Source: Bacillota bacterium (GTDB lineage: Bacteria > Bacillota > Clostridia > Christensenellales > CAG-138). Taken from it: a DNA stretch of 64,000 bases. The notes beneath the pieces are model-generated. The model searched no databases. It had not been told where the DNA came from and saw nothing but the letters and a program-made list of their open reading frames with translations. Below are positions 9,309-16,589 of the stretch, one piece after another. Numbering within the stretch: the first letter of the stretch is position 1; every line of letters starts with the position of its first letter. The position numbers were made by a program, and so were the translations under genes. The stretch covers positions 3,318 to 67,317 of the forward strand of contig JAEESS010000007.1 in the NCBI GenBank assembly GCA_016286445.1. The letters are read 5' to 3'.

Positions 9309-10151
9309 TCAGCCCTCCAATGCATCGAGCTTTGTCTTAAGCTCCGCCGTCCAGTTTGCAAACCGTTCGTCGGTCACCGGCATGCTGTGGTTCATCGCGG
9401 TGTTCTCGACCTCCGTAACGCCGTGACCCTTGATCGAATCGAGCACGATCGCGTACGGTTTGTCACCGCCGTTTCTTGTACGTTCAAGCGCCGCCGCGAT
9501 CGCTTCCACGTCGCCGCCGTCGACCTTGACGGTATCGAAGCCGAACGCTTCCATCTTGGCGACGAAATCGCCCATCGGCAGGACCTCTTCGAGATAGCCG
9601 TCGAGCTGACGCTTGTTCCAGTCGATCAGCACGACGAGATTGCCGAGCTTCTTCGCGCTTGCGAACAGGAAGGATTCCCAGCACTGACCTTCCTGCATTT
9701 CGCCGTCGCCGACGATCAGGAAAACGCGGTTCTTGCGGCCCTTGAGCTTGTTGCCGAGCGCAAGACCCGCCGCCTGCGACGTGCCCTGACCGAGGGATCC
9801 GGTCGTCATATCCACGCCGGGCGTCTTGTTGCGGTCGCAGTGGCTCGGAAGCCGCGTGCCGCCGCGGTTCAGCGTCTTGAGCTCTTCGTACGGGAAGAAG
9901 CCTTTGAGCGCGAGGGTCGCATAGACGGCAGGTCCTGCATGTCCCTTCGACATGACAAGGTAATCACGATCCGGCCATTTCGGATCGGCGGGGTTCACGC
10001 GCATCTCACGTCCGTACAGAACCGCGAGCGCATCGGATATGCTCATAACGCCGCCGACGTGTCCGGAACCGATGGAGTGGATCGCTTCGAGCGCTGCCAT
10101 GCGGATTTTGAGAGCAAACGCTTCGATCGCTTTTTTCTCTTGGTTTTCCAT
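9309..10151 (-). CDS. Transketolase, N-terminal subunit (second copy)
   Basis: True start MENQEKKAIEAF... (CAT at 10149-10151, RBS AGGAGG just upstream). GSGHVGGVMSISD and VGDGEMQEGQCWE motifs. The track ORF extends to 10367 without support. Confidence 0.9.
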   Translation of the reverse strand: MENQEKKAIEAFALKIRMAALEAIHSIGSGHVGGVMSISDALAVLYGREMRVNPADPKWPDRDYLVMSKGHAGPAVYATLALKGFFPYEELKTLNRGGTRLPSHCDRNKTPGVDMTTGSLGQGTSQAAGLALGNKLKGRKNRVFLIVGDGEMQEGQCWESFLFASAKKLGNLVVLIDWNKRQLDGYLEEVLPMGDFVAKMEAFGFDTVKVDGGDVEAIAAALERTRNGGDKPYAIVLDSIKGHGVTEVENTAMNHSMPVTDERFANWTAELKTKLDALEG

Positions 10152-10257
10152 AGCTTCCTCCTGTTGATTTCTTTTGCGGCGGAATGGTCCCGCCGTTTTC
10201 ATACCTAATACAGTATTATACCTGATTTCCGATCCTTCCGCAATGGTTTTCGGCGGA

Positions 10258-11523
10258 TTATTCTCGATCGGAAAAGAATATGAGCGGGGCTCCAGCGGAT
10301 GCGACCGCGCCGTTTTCCACGGTGCGGCGTTCATCGGAAAGATACTCCCGATACAGACCGTCCGCAAGCGGGACCTCGACGACGGACGGCTTTCCGCACA
10401 TGCTGAATACGCCGACCGCCTTGCGATCGCCGAGCGTCCATGTCGACACGATCACGTCGTTTTCCCGCGCTTCGAGCGTATAGACGCCGTCCGCAAACAG
10501 CGGGTCCTTCTTCATGGCGATCAGCTTTTTCAAAAGCGCTTCGTGCATCGGCTCGCCTTCGCGCGGGACCGGATCCGGATCGAACAGCGACGGGGTGCGG
10601 TCCGCCGCCCATTCCTGTCCGCAGTAGAGCAGCGCAAGACCCTTTTGGAAGAAATTCCATGCAAGACGGTTTTCCCGCACGATCGGATCCGGGAACAGCT
10701 CTGCCGTGCGCGGACGGTCGTGGTTCTCGGTACAGCGCAGCTTGACGTAATCCGCCGGGTAGGTGCTTTCCTGCCGCTCGATCGCCTTGACGTACGCGGA
10801 CAGCGGGATCCTTCCCTCGGCATACGCGATAAAATCTTCGTAGATGTCATAATCGTAGCAGATATCGAACGCCCGATAGAGCTCGGAATCGGACAGGGCG
10901 GGAAGCCCTTCGGCGCGAAGATACCGGATAAATTCGTGCTCGACCGATTCCGCAAGCCAGATGCAGCCGGGACGGACCGCTTCCACGCGCTTTCTTGCTT
11001 CCAGCCAGAAGCCGAGCGGAATGAGCGGCGCGACGTCGCAGCGGAACCCGTCGACAAATTGCGCCCAGAAGCACAGCGTGTCAATGAGCTCGTCCCACAG
11101 CGCGCGGTTTTCAAAATCGAGATCGATGACGTCGCTCCAGTCGCCGATATGGTTGCCGAACGAGCCGTCGGGCTTTCGGTAGAAGTATTCCGGATGCGTT
11201 TTCACGAGGACGGAATCCGGTGAGGTGTGGTGATACACGACGTCGATCAGCACCTTCAGCCCGAGCGCGTGCGCGGCGTCGCACAGATGCGTAAAATCGT
11301 CCATCGTGCCAAATTCCGGATTGACGGCGCGATAGTCTTTGATCGCGTACGGCGAGCCGAGCGAGCCCTTGCGCTTCTCCGCGCCGACCGGATGGATCGG
11401 CAGCAGCCAGATCGCGTCGGCGCCGAGCGCGCGGATGCGCGGAAGATCCGCCTCGACGGCTTTGAACGTGCCGCCGAAGTTGCGGACAAAGATCGAATAC
11501 AGGGTCATGTTCCGAAGCTGCAT
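10258..11523 (-). CDS. GH13 alpha-amylase-family glycoside hydrolase (catalytic domain only)
   Basis: GH13 conserved regions: GLKVLIDVVYHHTS (I), GFRCDVAPLIP (II, nucleophile Asp), WLAESVEHEF (III, Glu), CTENHDRPR (IV). Confidence 0.85.
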   Translation of the reverse strand: MQLRNMTLYSIFVRNFGGTFKAVEADLPRIRALGADAIWLLPIHPVGAEKRKGSLGSPYAIKDYRAVNPEFGTMDDFTHLCDAAHALGLKVLIDVVYHHTSPDSVLVKTHPEYFYRKPDGSFGNHIGDWSDVIDLDFENRALWDELIDTLCFWAQFVDGFRCDVAPLIPLGFWLEARKRVEAVRPGCIWLAESVEHEFIRYLRAEGLPALSDSELYRAFDICYDYDIYEDFIAYAEGRIPLSAYVKAIERQESTYPADYVKLRCTENHDRPRTAELFPDPIVRENRLAWNFFQKGLALLYCGQEWAADRTPSLFDPDPVPREGEPMHEALLKKLIAMKKDPLFADGVYTLEARENDVIVSTWTLGDRKAVGVFSMCGKPSVVEVPLADGLYREYLSDERRTVENGAVASAGAPLIFFSDRE

Positions 11524-11539
11524 GGGAGACCTCCTTTAT

Positions 11540-12274
11540 TTACAATTCATCCGGCGCATAGGCGAGGGAGAGCTTAAAGAGCTTTTGTCCTTCGCTTTCG
11601 CCGGCAAGCAGGAACGTGTCGCCGAAAAGCTCGCTTTTCAGCGTGATCGTATCATCAAGCAGCGCTTCGCGCGAGTACTCGGTCTTGACCTCGCAAAGCG
11701 TCCGCATGCGCAGCGCGTCCGGCATTCGGTCCTCGGCAAGATCGAAATAGCGGGTGTTGTTCATATGCCCGTTCTGATCGACGTAGCTGTACGGCACGGT
11801 AAACGACGAGGTTTCATCGGTCGTCGGTGCCTGCGGCGGGCGCGGAAGCGCAGTCTCCAGCCCGGTCTGCATGCCGGGCACCGCAATGCCGCACTGCTCC
11901 GGAAAGACCGCTTTCCGCGTGTTCTGATCCATCAGCGCCCACAAAGAGCTTGCCTCGATCAGCGCGTCGCCGCGTTCATCGGTGATCCGGTAATAACGCG
12001 GAAACAGCAGATGCTTCGGCTTGCCGGGCCAGGTGACGATCCGTACGGGCTCGTCATAGACCGGCATGCGGCGCACGGTCGCCTGCTGCAGCGTCACGAT
12101 CCAAAGGATCCCGCGGTCCAACGTCTTCTCGCGTCCCGCGCCGAGCAGCGCCGCGTGATCGGTCGCCGCCTCCTGCAGCAGCGTAAACAACCGCGAAAGC
12201 CGCAGACGCCGCTTGAGGTCGGTATCGGAATAGGCGATTCGATAGTCGCGTTCAAACGGTTCAAACGTGCTCAT
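11540..12274 (-). CDS. Acyl-ACP thioesterase
   Basis: YRIAYSDTDLKRRLRLSRLFTLLQEAATDHAA...ILWIVTLQQATVRRMPVYDEPVRIVTWPG shows the double hot-dog FatA/B-like pattern. Start MSTFEPF... (CAT 12272-12274) overlaps the upstream stop. Confidence 0.75.
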   Translation of the reverse strand: MSTFEPFERDYRIAYSDTDLKRRLRLSRLFTLLQEAATDHAALLGAGREKTLDRGILWIVTLQQATVRRMPVYDEPVRIVTWPGKPKHLLFPRYYRITDERGDALIEASSLWALMDQNTRKAVFPEQCGIAVPGMQTGLETALPRPPQAPTTDETSSFTVPYSYVDQNGHMNNTRYFDLAEDRMPDALRMRTLCEVKTEYSREALLDDTITLKSELFGDTFLLAGESEGQKLFKLSLAYAPDEL

Positions 12275-13041
12275 GCGTTCACCATATCTTGAGCGAGGTA
12301 TTTCATGAAATCGGGGATGCGCTTTTCCCACGCCGCTTCATTGTGCGCAGCGCCGGGGATCACGTTTGCCGAAACGTCCGCGCCGGCTTCGGAAAGCGCC
12401 TTTGCAGTCTCGAACATGCCCGAAAGCGCTCGGCGTTTCGGGTCGATCTCGCAGGTTCCCATGTCGATCCAGACGCGCGTGGGATCGGCAAGCGGATGCG
12501 AGCGGATCAGCCCCTTGAGCTTTGACGGCGAGACCCAAAGGCTCGGGGAAAGCGCCGCCGCGCGGGAAAAGACGGAGTTGTATTCCACGGCGGCATAGAG
12601 CGACATCAGCCCGCCCATGGAGCTGCCGGCGATCATCGTGTGTTCGCGGTCGGGCAGCGTTCGGTACTGCGCGTCGATCTCCGGCTTCAGAACGGTCGTG
12701 AACCAGTCCATCGTGACCTTGCCGACCCCTTCGATATGACCGACCGGGCGCGGCGAGGAAAAGTCCCACGGGCTGTATTCGGAAAGCCGCCGAAACCCTT
12801 CCGGATTGCACTCGACCGCGACGACGATCAGCGGGAGCTTGGTCTTTTTCAGATATTCGCGCATGCCCCAGCTTTTGCCGTAGGTCGCATGGCGGTCATA
12901 GAATACATTGTGCCCGTCAAACATATACAGGACGGGATAACGGCGATCGCCGGCTTCATAGCCCTTCGGGAGACAGACGTACAGCCGACGCGGTTTTTCG
13001 GTCGGAAGTTCGGGGATCCGGATCTTTGTGATGTGAATCAT
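12271..13041 (-). CDS. Alpha/beta-hydrolase esterase (esterase-D / putative-esterase type)
   Basis: RYPVLYMFDGHNVF and nucleophile elbow IAGSSMGGLMS; 256 aa. Confidence 0.75.
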   Translation of the reverse strand: MIHITKIRIPELPTEKPRRLYVCLPKGYEAGDRRYPVLYMFDGHNVFYDRHATYGKSWGMREYLKKTKLPLIVVAVECNPEGFRRLSEYSPWDFSSPRPVGHIEGVGKVTMDWFTTVLKPEIDAQYRTLPDREHTMIAGSSMGGLMSLYAAVEYNSVFSRAAALSPSLWVSPSKLKGLIRSHPLADPTRVWIDMGTCEIDPKRRALSGMFETAKALSEAGADVSANVIPGAAHNEAAWEKRIPDFMKYLAQDMVNA

Positions 13042-13127
13042 GAACGCACTCCTCTTTGCGGATTTCTTACATTATATAGCAAATGCACCTGCGCCGCAAG
13101 TCCGGAATCCCGACAATGTGCAGATTC

Positions 13128-13156
13128 TTGACAACGGAGGCGGCGCTTTCTATAAT
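13128..13156 (+). promoter_or_regulatory. Consensus sigma-A promoter (TTGACA-17-TATAAT) for the NusG paralog
   Basis: TTGACA at 13128-13133, a 17-nt spacer, then TATAAT at 13151-13156. Confidence 0.6.
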
Positions 13157-13184
13157 GGGTACACCGAGTACGCAAAGGAGGAGG

Positions 13185-13730
13185 ATGCCGATGGAAAGCT
13201 ATTGCCTGTTCTGCAAAAGCGGGCAGGAAGGTCTTGTGATCGATCTTTTGAAGCACGGCGGATATGCGGCGTTTTCTCCGTTTGCGGTGCGAAACAGACC
13301 GGACGCCGGCGGTCTTCGGAGAACGAAAGCGCGTTTGCTGCCGGGCTATGTGTTCTTTGAAGCGGAAAACGAGCCGGAATGGGACACGATCCGGCGATAC
13401 TCCGGCGTGCTGAAGATTCTGCGCTATGAGGACGGAAGCCGCGCGTTGCACGGAGATGATCTTGCGTTCGTCAAATGGCTGAAGCGCTACGAGGGCGTGA
13501 TCGATGTGTCGCAGGTCGTCAAGGTCGGCACGAAGATCGCGTTTGCCGGAGGACCGCTCGTCGGTATGGAAGCGAAGGTGCTGAAGGTCAACAAAAGCCG
13601 AAAGGCGGTTCAGATCGCGCTCGGCGACGGCGACGCGATATTCCGGAATATATGGTGCTCGATCGAGTACATCGGGGAAAACGCGGACATCGATATGCTG
13701 CATCAGTCGTCAGCGCAGCCGGAACAGTAA
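13185..13730 (+). CDS. Specialised NusG paralog (LoaP/UpxY-like transcription antiterminator)
   Basis: NGN-like LLPGYVFFEAENEPEWDTIRRYSGVLKIL and KOW-like VGTKIAFAGGPLVGMEAKVLKVNKSRKAVQIAL. RBS AAGGAGGAGG at 13175-13184 (the start may be the second ATG at 13191). Not in a secE-nusG-rplK context; sits at the head of a polysaccharide locus. Confidence 0.75.
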   Translation: MPMESYCLFCKSGQEGLVIDLLKHGGYAAFSPFAVRNRPDAGGLRRTKARLLPGYVFFEAENEPEWDTIRRYSGVLKILRYEDGSRALHGDDLAFVKWLKRYEGVIDVSQVVKVGTKIAFAGGPLVGMEAKVLKVNKSRKAVQIALGDGDAIFRNIWCSIEYIGENADIDMLHQSSAQPEQ

Positions 13731-13746
13731 TGTCATGAAAAAGGAT

Positions 13747-13776
13747 CCGACGGATTGAATGCCGTCGGTTTTTTAT
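13747..13776 (+). terminator. Intrinsic terminator after the NusG paralog
   Basis: CCGACGG (13747-13753) / CCGTCGG (13762-13768) stem followed by TTTTTTATT. Confidence 0.75.
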
Positions 13777-13906
13777 TCTAAAAGAATAAAATGTCGAATT
13801 ATGGAAAATCGATTGACGAAATAACGCAAAAGATGTATGCTGACAGCAGCAGAAACGTCCGGGGAAATCCATATGCAAGCCGCGATTCGGATCGGAAAGG
13901 AACATA

Positions 13907-13935
13907 TTGACGGATGTACAGCATTTGTGTATAAT
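13907..13935 (+). promoter_or_regulatory. Sigma-A-type promoter of the polysaccharide operon (TTGACG-17-TATAAT)
   Basis: TTGACG at 13907-13912, a 17-nt spacer, then TATAAT at 13930-13935, in an AT-rich gap. Confidence 0.6.
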
Positions 13936-13954
13936 AGTATCATCTCATATTATG

Positions 13955-13985
13955 CGATATTGTGCGCGTAGTACGCAAAATATCG
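13955..13985 (+). promoter_or_regulatory. Leader RNA hairpin (candidate antiterminator recruitment element)
   Basis: CGATATT(G)TGCG - CGTAGTA - CGCA(A)AATATCG: 11 bp with one mismatch. It starts about 20 nt after the -10 box and has no U-tract. Function is inferred only. Confidence 0.3.
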
Positions 13986-14093
13986 ATAATATAGACAGAA
14001 AAATATGATAGCTTGCGAAAAATGCACGACAGAAGACGCATTGGGGAACGGACAGCGACGGATTTTGTGCTTTTTCCGGAAAGGATTTTTGCA

Positions 14094-14876
14094 TTGGAAC
14101 AGGTGAGACGGGACAAAAATGAAGTTGAGATCAATCTCGGAGATGTTTTCCAGATTCTGATCTCGAAATGGATCTATATTTTGCTTGCAGGCGTCCTTAC
14201 CGCGCTTGCGGTCGGTTTGTTTACGCATTTCCTTGTGCATAAGAAATACACGGCGTCGGTTTCCATGTATATCTACACGACGAACGACCAGAACCAGACC
14301 GGTACGATCAGCTACAGCGAACTGAGCGCGGCGGACAACCTGATCAAAACCTATCAAGTCATCGTAAAGAGCAATTCCGTTCTGGATACGGTTGCGGAGC
14401 GATTCAATGCCGAGCATCCGGAGTATGCGGAATGGGATATTCAGTCGAGCAACTTGTCGAGAGCAACGTCCGTCTCCGTTCCGAACGGGACCAAACTGAT
14501 TCAGGTGAGCGTTACGACCCGTGATCCGAAGCTGTCCGCGGACATCGCCAATACGTTTGCGAAGTATGTTCCCGAGCAGATCATCCGCATCACGAAAGCG
14601 GGCGGCGTTGAGATCGTGGACTATGCGACCGTTCCGAACGGTCCGTCCAGTCCGAATCTGACCAGAAACACGGTCCTCGGCTTTGCCGCGGGCTTCATAC
14701 TGGTCGCGGTATACTTCCTGCTGCGCGCATATCTTGATACGACGATCTATACGTCGGAGGAGGTCCAGAAGGTCAGCCGCTGCCCGGTGATCGGAACGGT
14801 ACCGATGATCGTTGCAAGCGGAGAGGAAACGGCACAATGGGAGGTCACGCTCCGGGAGGAAATCGTCAATGAGTAA
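14094..14876 (+). CDS. Wzz/CpsC-type polysaccharide co-polymerase (BY-kinase transmembrane modulator)
   Basis: ...EINLGDVFQILISKWIYILLAGVLTALAVGLF... N-terminal TM, a periplasmic-type Wzz domain and a C-terminal TM (VLGFAAGFILVAVYFLL). Start chosen at in-frame TTG 14094 behind GGAAAGGA (14077-14084). Alternatives are TTG 14013 and ATG 14022. Confidence 0.8.
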   Translation: MEQVRRDKNEVEINLGDVFQILISKWIYILLAGVLTALAVGLFTHFLVHKKYTASVSMYIYTTNDQNQTGTISYSELSAADNLIKTYQVIVKSNSVLDTVAERFNAEHPEYAEWDIQSSNLSRATSVSVPNGTKLIQVSVTTRDPKLSADIANTFAKYVPEQIIRITKAGGVEIVDYATVPNGPSSPNLTRNTVLGFAAGFILVAVYFLLRAYLDTTIYTSEEVQKVSRCPVIGTVPMIVASGEETAQWEVTLREEIVNE

Positions 14877-16422
14877 GATCACGATGAAACGTTCCGCTAA
14901 GAGCGGGAACAGCAAGCAGGAAGAACGCGCACAGATCCGGGAAAACCGGAGAAAGATCCTGACCGAATCCAGCGCCTTCGCCATCCGCGAGGCGTATGTG
15001 CAGCTTCGTACGAATCTGATGTACAGCGTGGCGTCGATGGACGACCGCGGCTGCAAGGTTTTCGGTGTAACGAGTGCGAATCCGTCCGAGGGCAAGAGCT
15101 TAACGGCGTCGAACATTGCGGTATCGTTCGCAATGCTCGGCAAAAAAACGCTGCTGATCGACTGCGACATGCGCAAGCCGAACATTGCGCGGCTTTGGCA
15201 TATCCATACGAACAACGGTCTGAGCGATCTGATCGCCAAGGTGGATGTATGCGATGTTTACGGCGTTGAAGGACTTCCGCTTTCGATCATCGCCTGCGGT
15301 AAAATTCCGCCGAATCCGTCGGAGATGCTGGCGTCCGCCGCGTTCCAGAATGCGATTGAGCGCTTCCGCAGAAAATACAATTACATCATCATCGATACTC
15401 CGCCGATCAACGAGGTCGCGGACGCGCAGATCGTATCGCGCGTGGTCGACGGCATGGTGCTGGTCATCCGTTCCGCAAAGACGAAGCAGAGAGATCTTGC
15501 GGAAGCCGAGAGCACGCTTCAAAGCGCAGGCGCACGGATCTGCGGCGTCGTGATCAACGATCTGAACCTCAAGCAGGGCGGAAAATACGGTTATAAGTAC
15601 GGCTATAAGTACGGTTATAAGTATGGCTATAAGTACGGGTACAAGTACGAGTATCAGTACGGCTACCGTTACGGGGATACGCCGGACTACGGCACGGATA
15701 CAGGCTCGGCGGCAGTCAAAAAACCGGTAAAGAAAGCTGCGGTAAGGGAGATTGATTTCCACGCGCATATTCTGCCCGGGCTCGATCACGGCAGCAAGGA
15801 TCTCGACAATTCGCTCGAACAGATCCGCCTTGCAAAGGCGGGCGGCGTCGATGTGATCTGCGCGACCTCACATTTTTACGGGCAGCAGATCGGCGTCGAA
15901 ACGTTCCTGGAGCAGCGCGCGCGCAGCTGGCTGGAATTGAAATCCAAGCTGGAGGAAGGCAGTCCCCGGATCGTTCTCGGGGCGGAAGTGCTCGCGTTTG
16001 AGGGGATCGATAAGCTGCCGCAGATTGAGAATCTGTGCATTGTCGGAACGAACATCCTGCTTCTTGAGATGCCGTTCGCACACTGGTCCGAGCGCTTGAT
16101 CGATTCGATCGAAACCCTGAGCGAGCGCGGCGATCTTGAGATCGTTCTTGCGCATGTGGATCGTTACGATCGCAAGCAGATCGAACGGCTGCTGGCAATG
16201 GACCATATCAAAGGACAGGTCAATGTGTCTGCGCTGACCAAGCATCTGCAGAGCAGCTATCTGCGCGACTGGATCAAGGAAGGAAAGATCGTCGCAGTGG
16301 GAAGCGATATCCACGGAACAAAGACCGGCTATACGGAGTGGCAATCCGTAAAGCAGCGGTATCCGGAGGAATGGAAAACCGTGATGCGGGAGACCGAAGC
16401 GCTGCTTTCGGATCTTCTCTGA
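14869..16422 (+). CDS. Fusion protein: BY-kinase (CpsD/YwqD-like), extended Tyr cluster, PHP-family phosphotyrosine phosphatase (CpsB/YwqE-like)
   Basis: Walker A GVTSANPSEGKSLTASN, A' LLIDCDMRKP, B IIIDTPP. Tyr cluster GGKYGYKYGYKYGYKYGYKYGYKYEYQYGYRYGDTPDYG. CpsB-like IDFHAHILPGLDHG, ATSHFY, LAHVDRY, GSDIH. One uninterrupted frame. Start MSKITMK at 14869 behind GGGAGGA. Confidence 0.85.
   Translation: MSKITMKRSAKSGNSKQEERAQIRENRRKILTESSAFAIREAYVQLRTNLMYSVASMDDRGCKVFGVTSANPSEGKSLTASNIAVSFAMLGKKTLLIDCDMRKPNIARLWHIHTNNGLSDLIAKVDVCDVYGVEGLPLSIIACGKIPPNPSEMLASAAFQNAIERFRRKYNYIIIDTPPINEVADAQIVSRVVDGMVLVIRSAKTKQRDLAEAESTLQSAGARICGVVINDLNLKQGGKYGYKYGYKYGYKYGYKYGYKYEYQYGYRYGDTPDYGTDTGSAAVKKPVKKAAVREIDFHAHILPGLDHGSKDLDNSLEQIRLAKAGGVDVICATSHFYGQQIGVETFLEQRARSWLELKSKLEEGSPRIVLGAEVLAFEGIDKLPQIENLCIVGTNILLLEMPFAHWSERLIDSIETLSERGDLEIVLAHVDRYDRKQIERLLAMDHIKGQVNVSALTKHLQSSYLRDWIKEGKIVAVGSDIHGTKTGYTEWQSVKQRYPEEWKTVMRETEALLSDLL
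15583..15676 (+). repeat. In-frame 12-nt tandem repeat (TACGGNTATAAG-like, about 5 near-perfect plus 2-3 degenerate units) encoding (YGYK)n
   Basis: Read directly: tacggttataag tacggctataag tacggttataag tatggctataag tacgggtacaag tacgagtatcag tacggctaccgt. Confidence 0.9.
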
Positions 16423-16589
16423 GGGTAAGGCGAAAAAAGGGGAAAAGAGACCGAAACGGGCGGTGCGCGGCCACAGTCGCCCCGAAAACGAGCGGTCGAA
16501 CAAAGCGTGATCCGGAGGATGCGGAGCGAGTGAAAACGCGCCGTATGCCGAAGGCAACGCAAAAATCCGAATAACAGGAGACCCCTGCA

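Noticed and set aside
10177-10200. CGGCGG...CCGCCG hairpin downstream of the GH13 gene as a terminator
   Set aside because: On the transcribed (minus) strand it is not followed by a U-tract. The T-run is on the plus strand, where no gene ends.
15583-15676. Tandem repeat as a possible CRISPR or non-coding VNTR
   Set aside because: The repeat unit is 12 nt with no spacers and lies inside an open frame encoding the BY-kinase Tyr cluster. No CRISPR-like repeat-spacer array was seen anywhere in the window.
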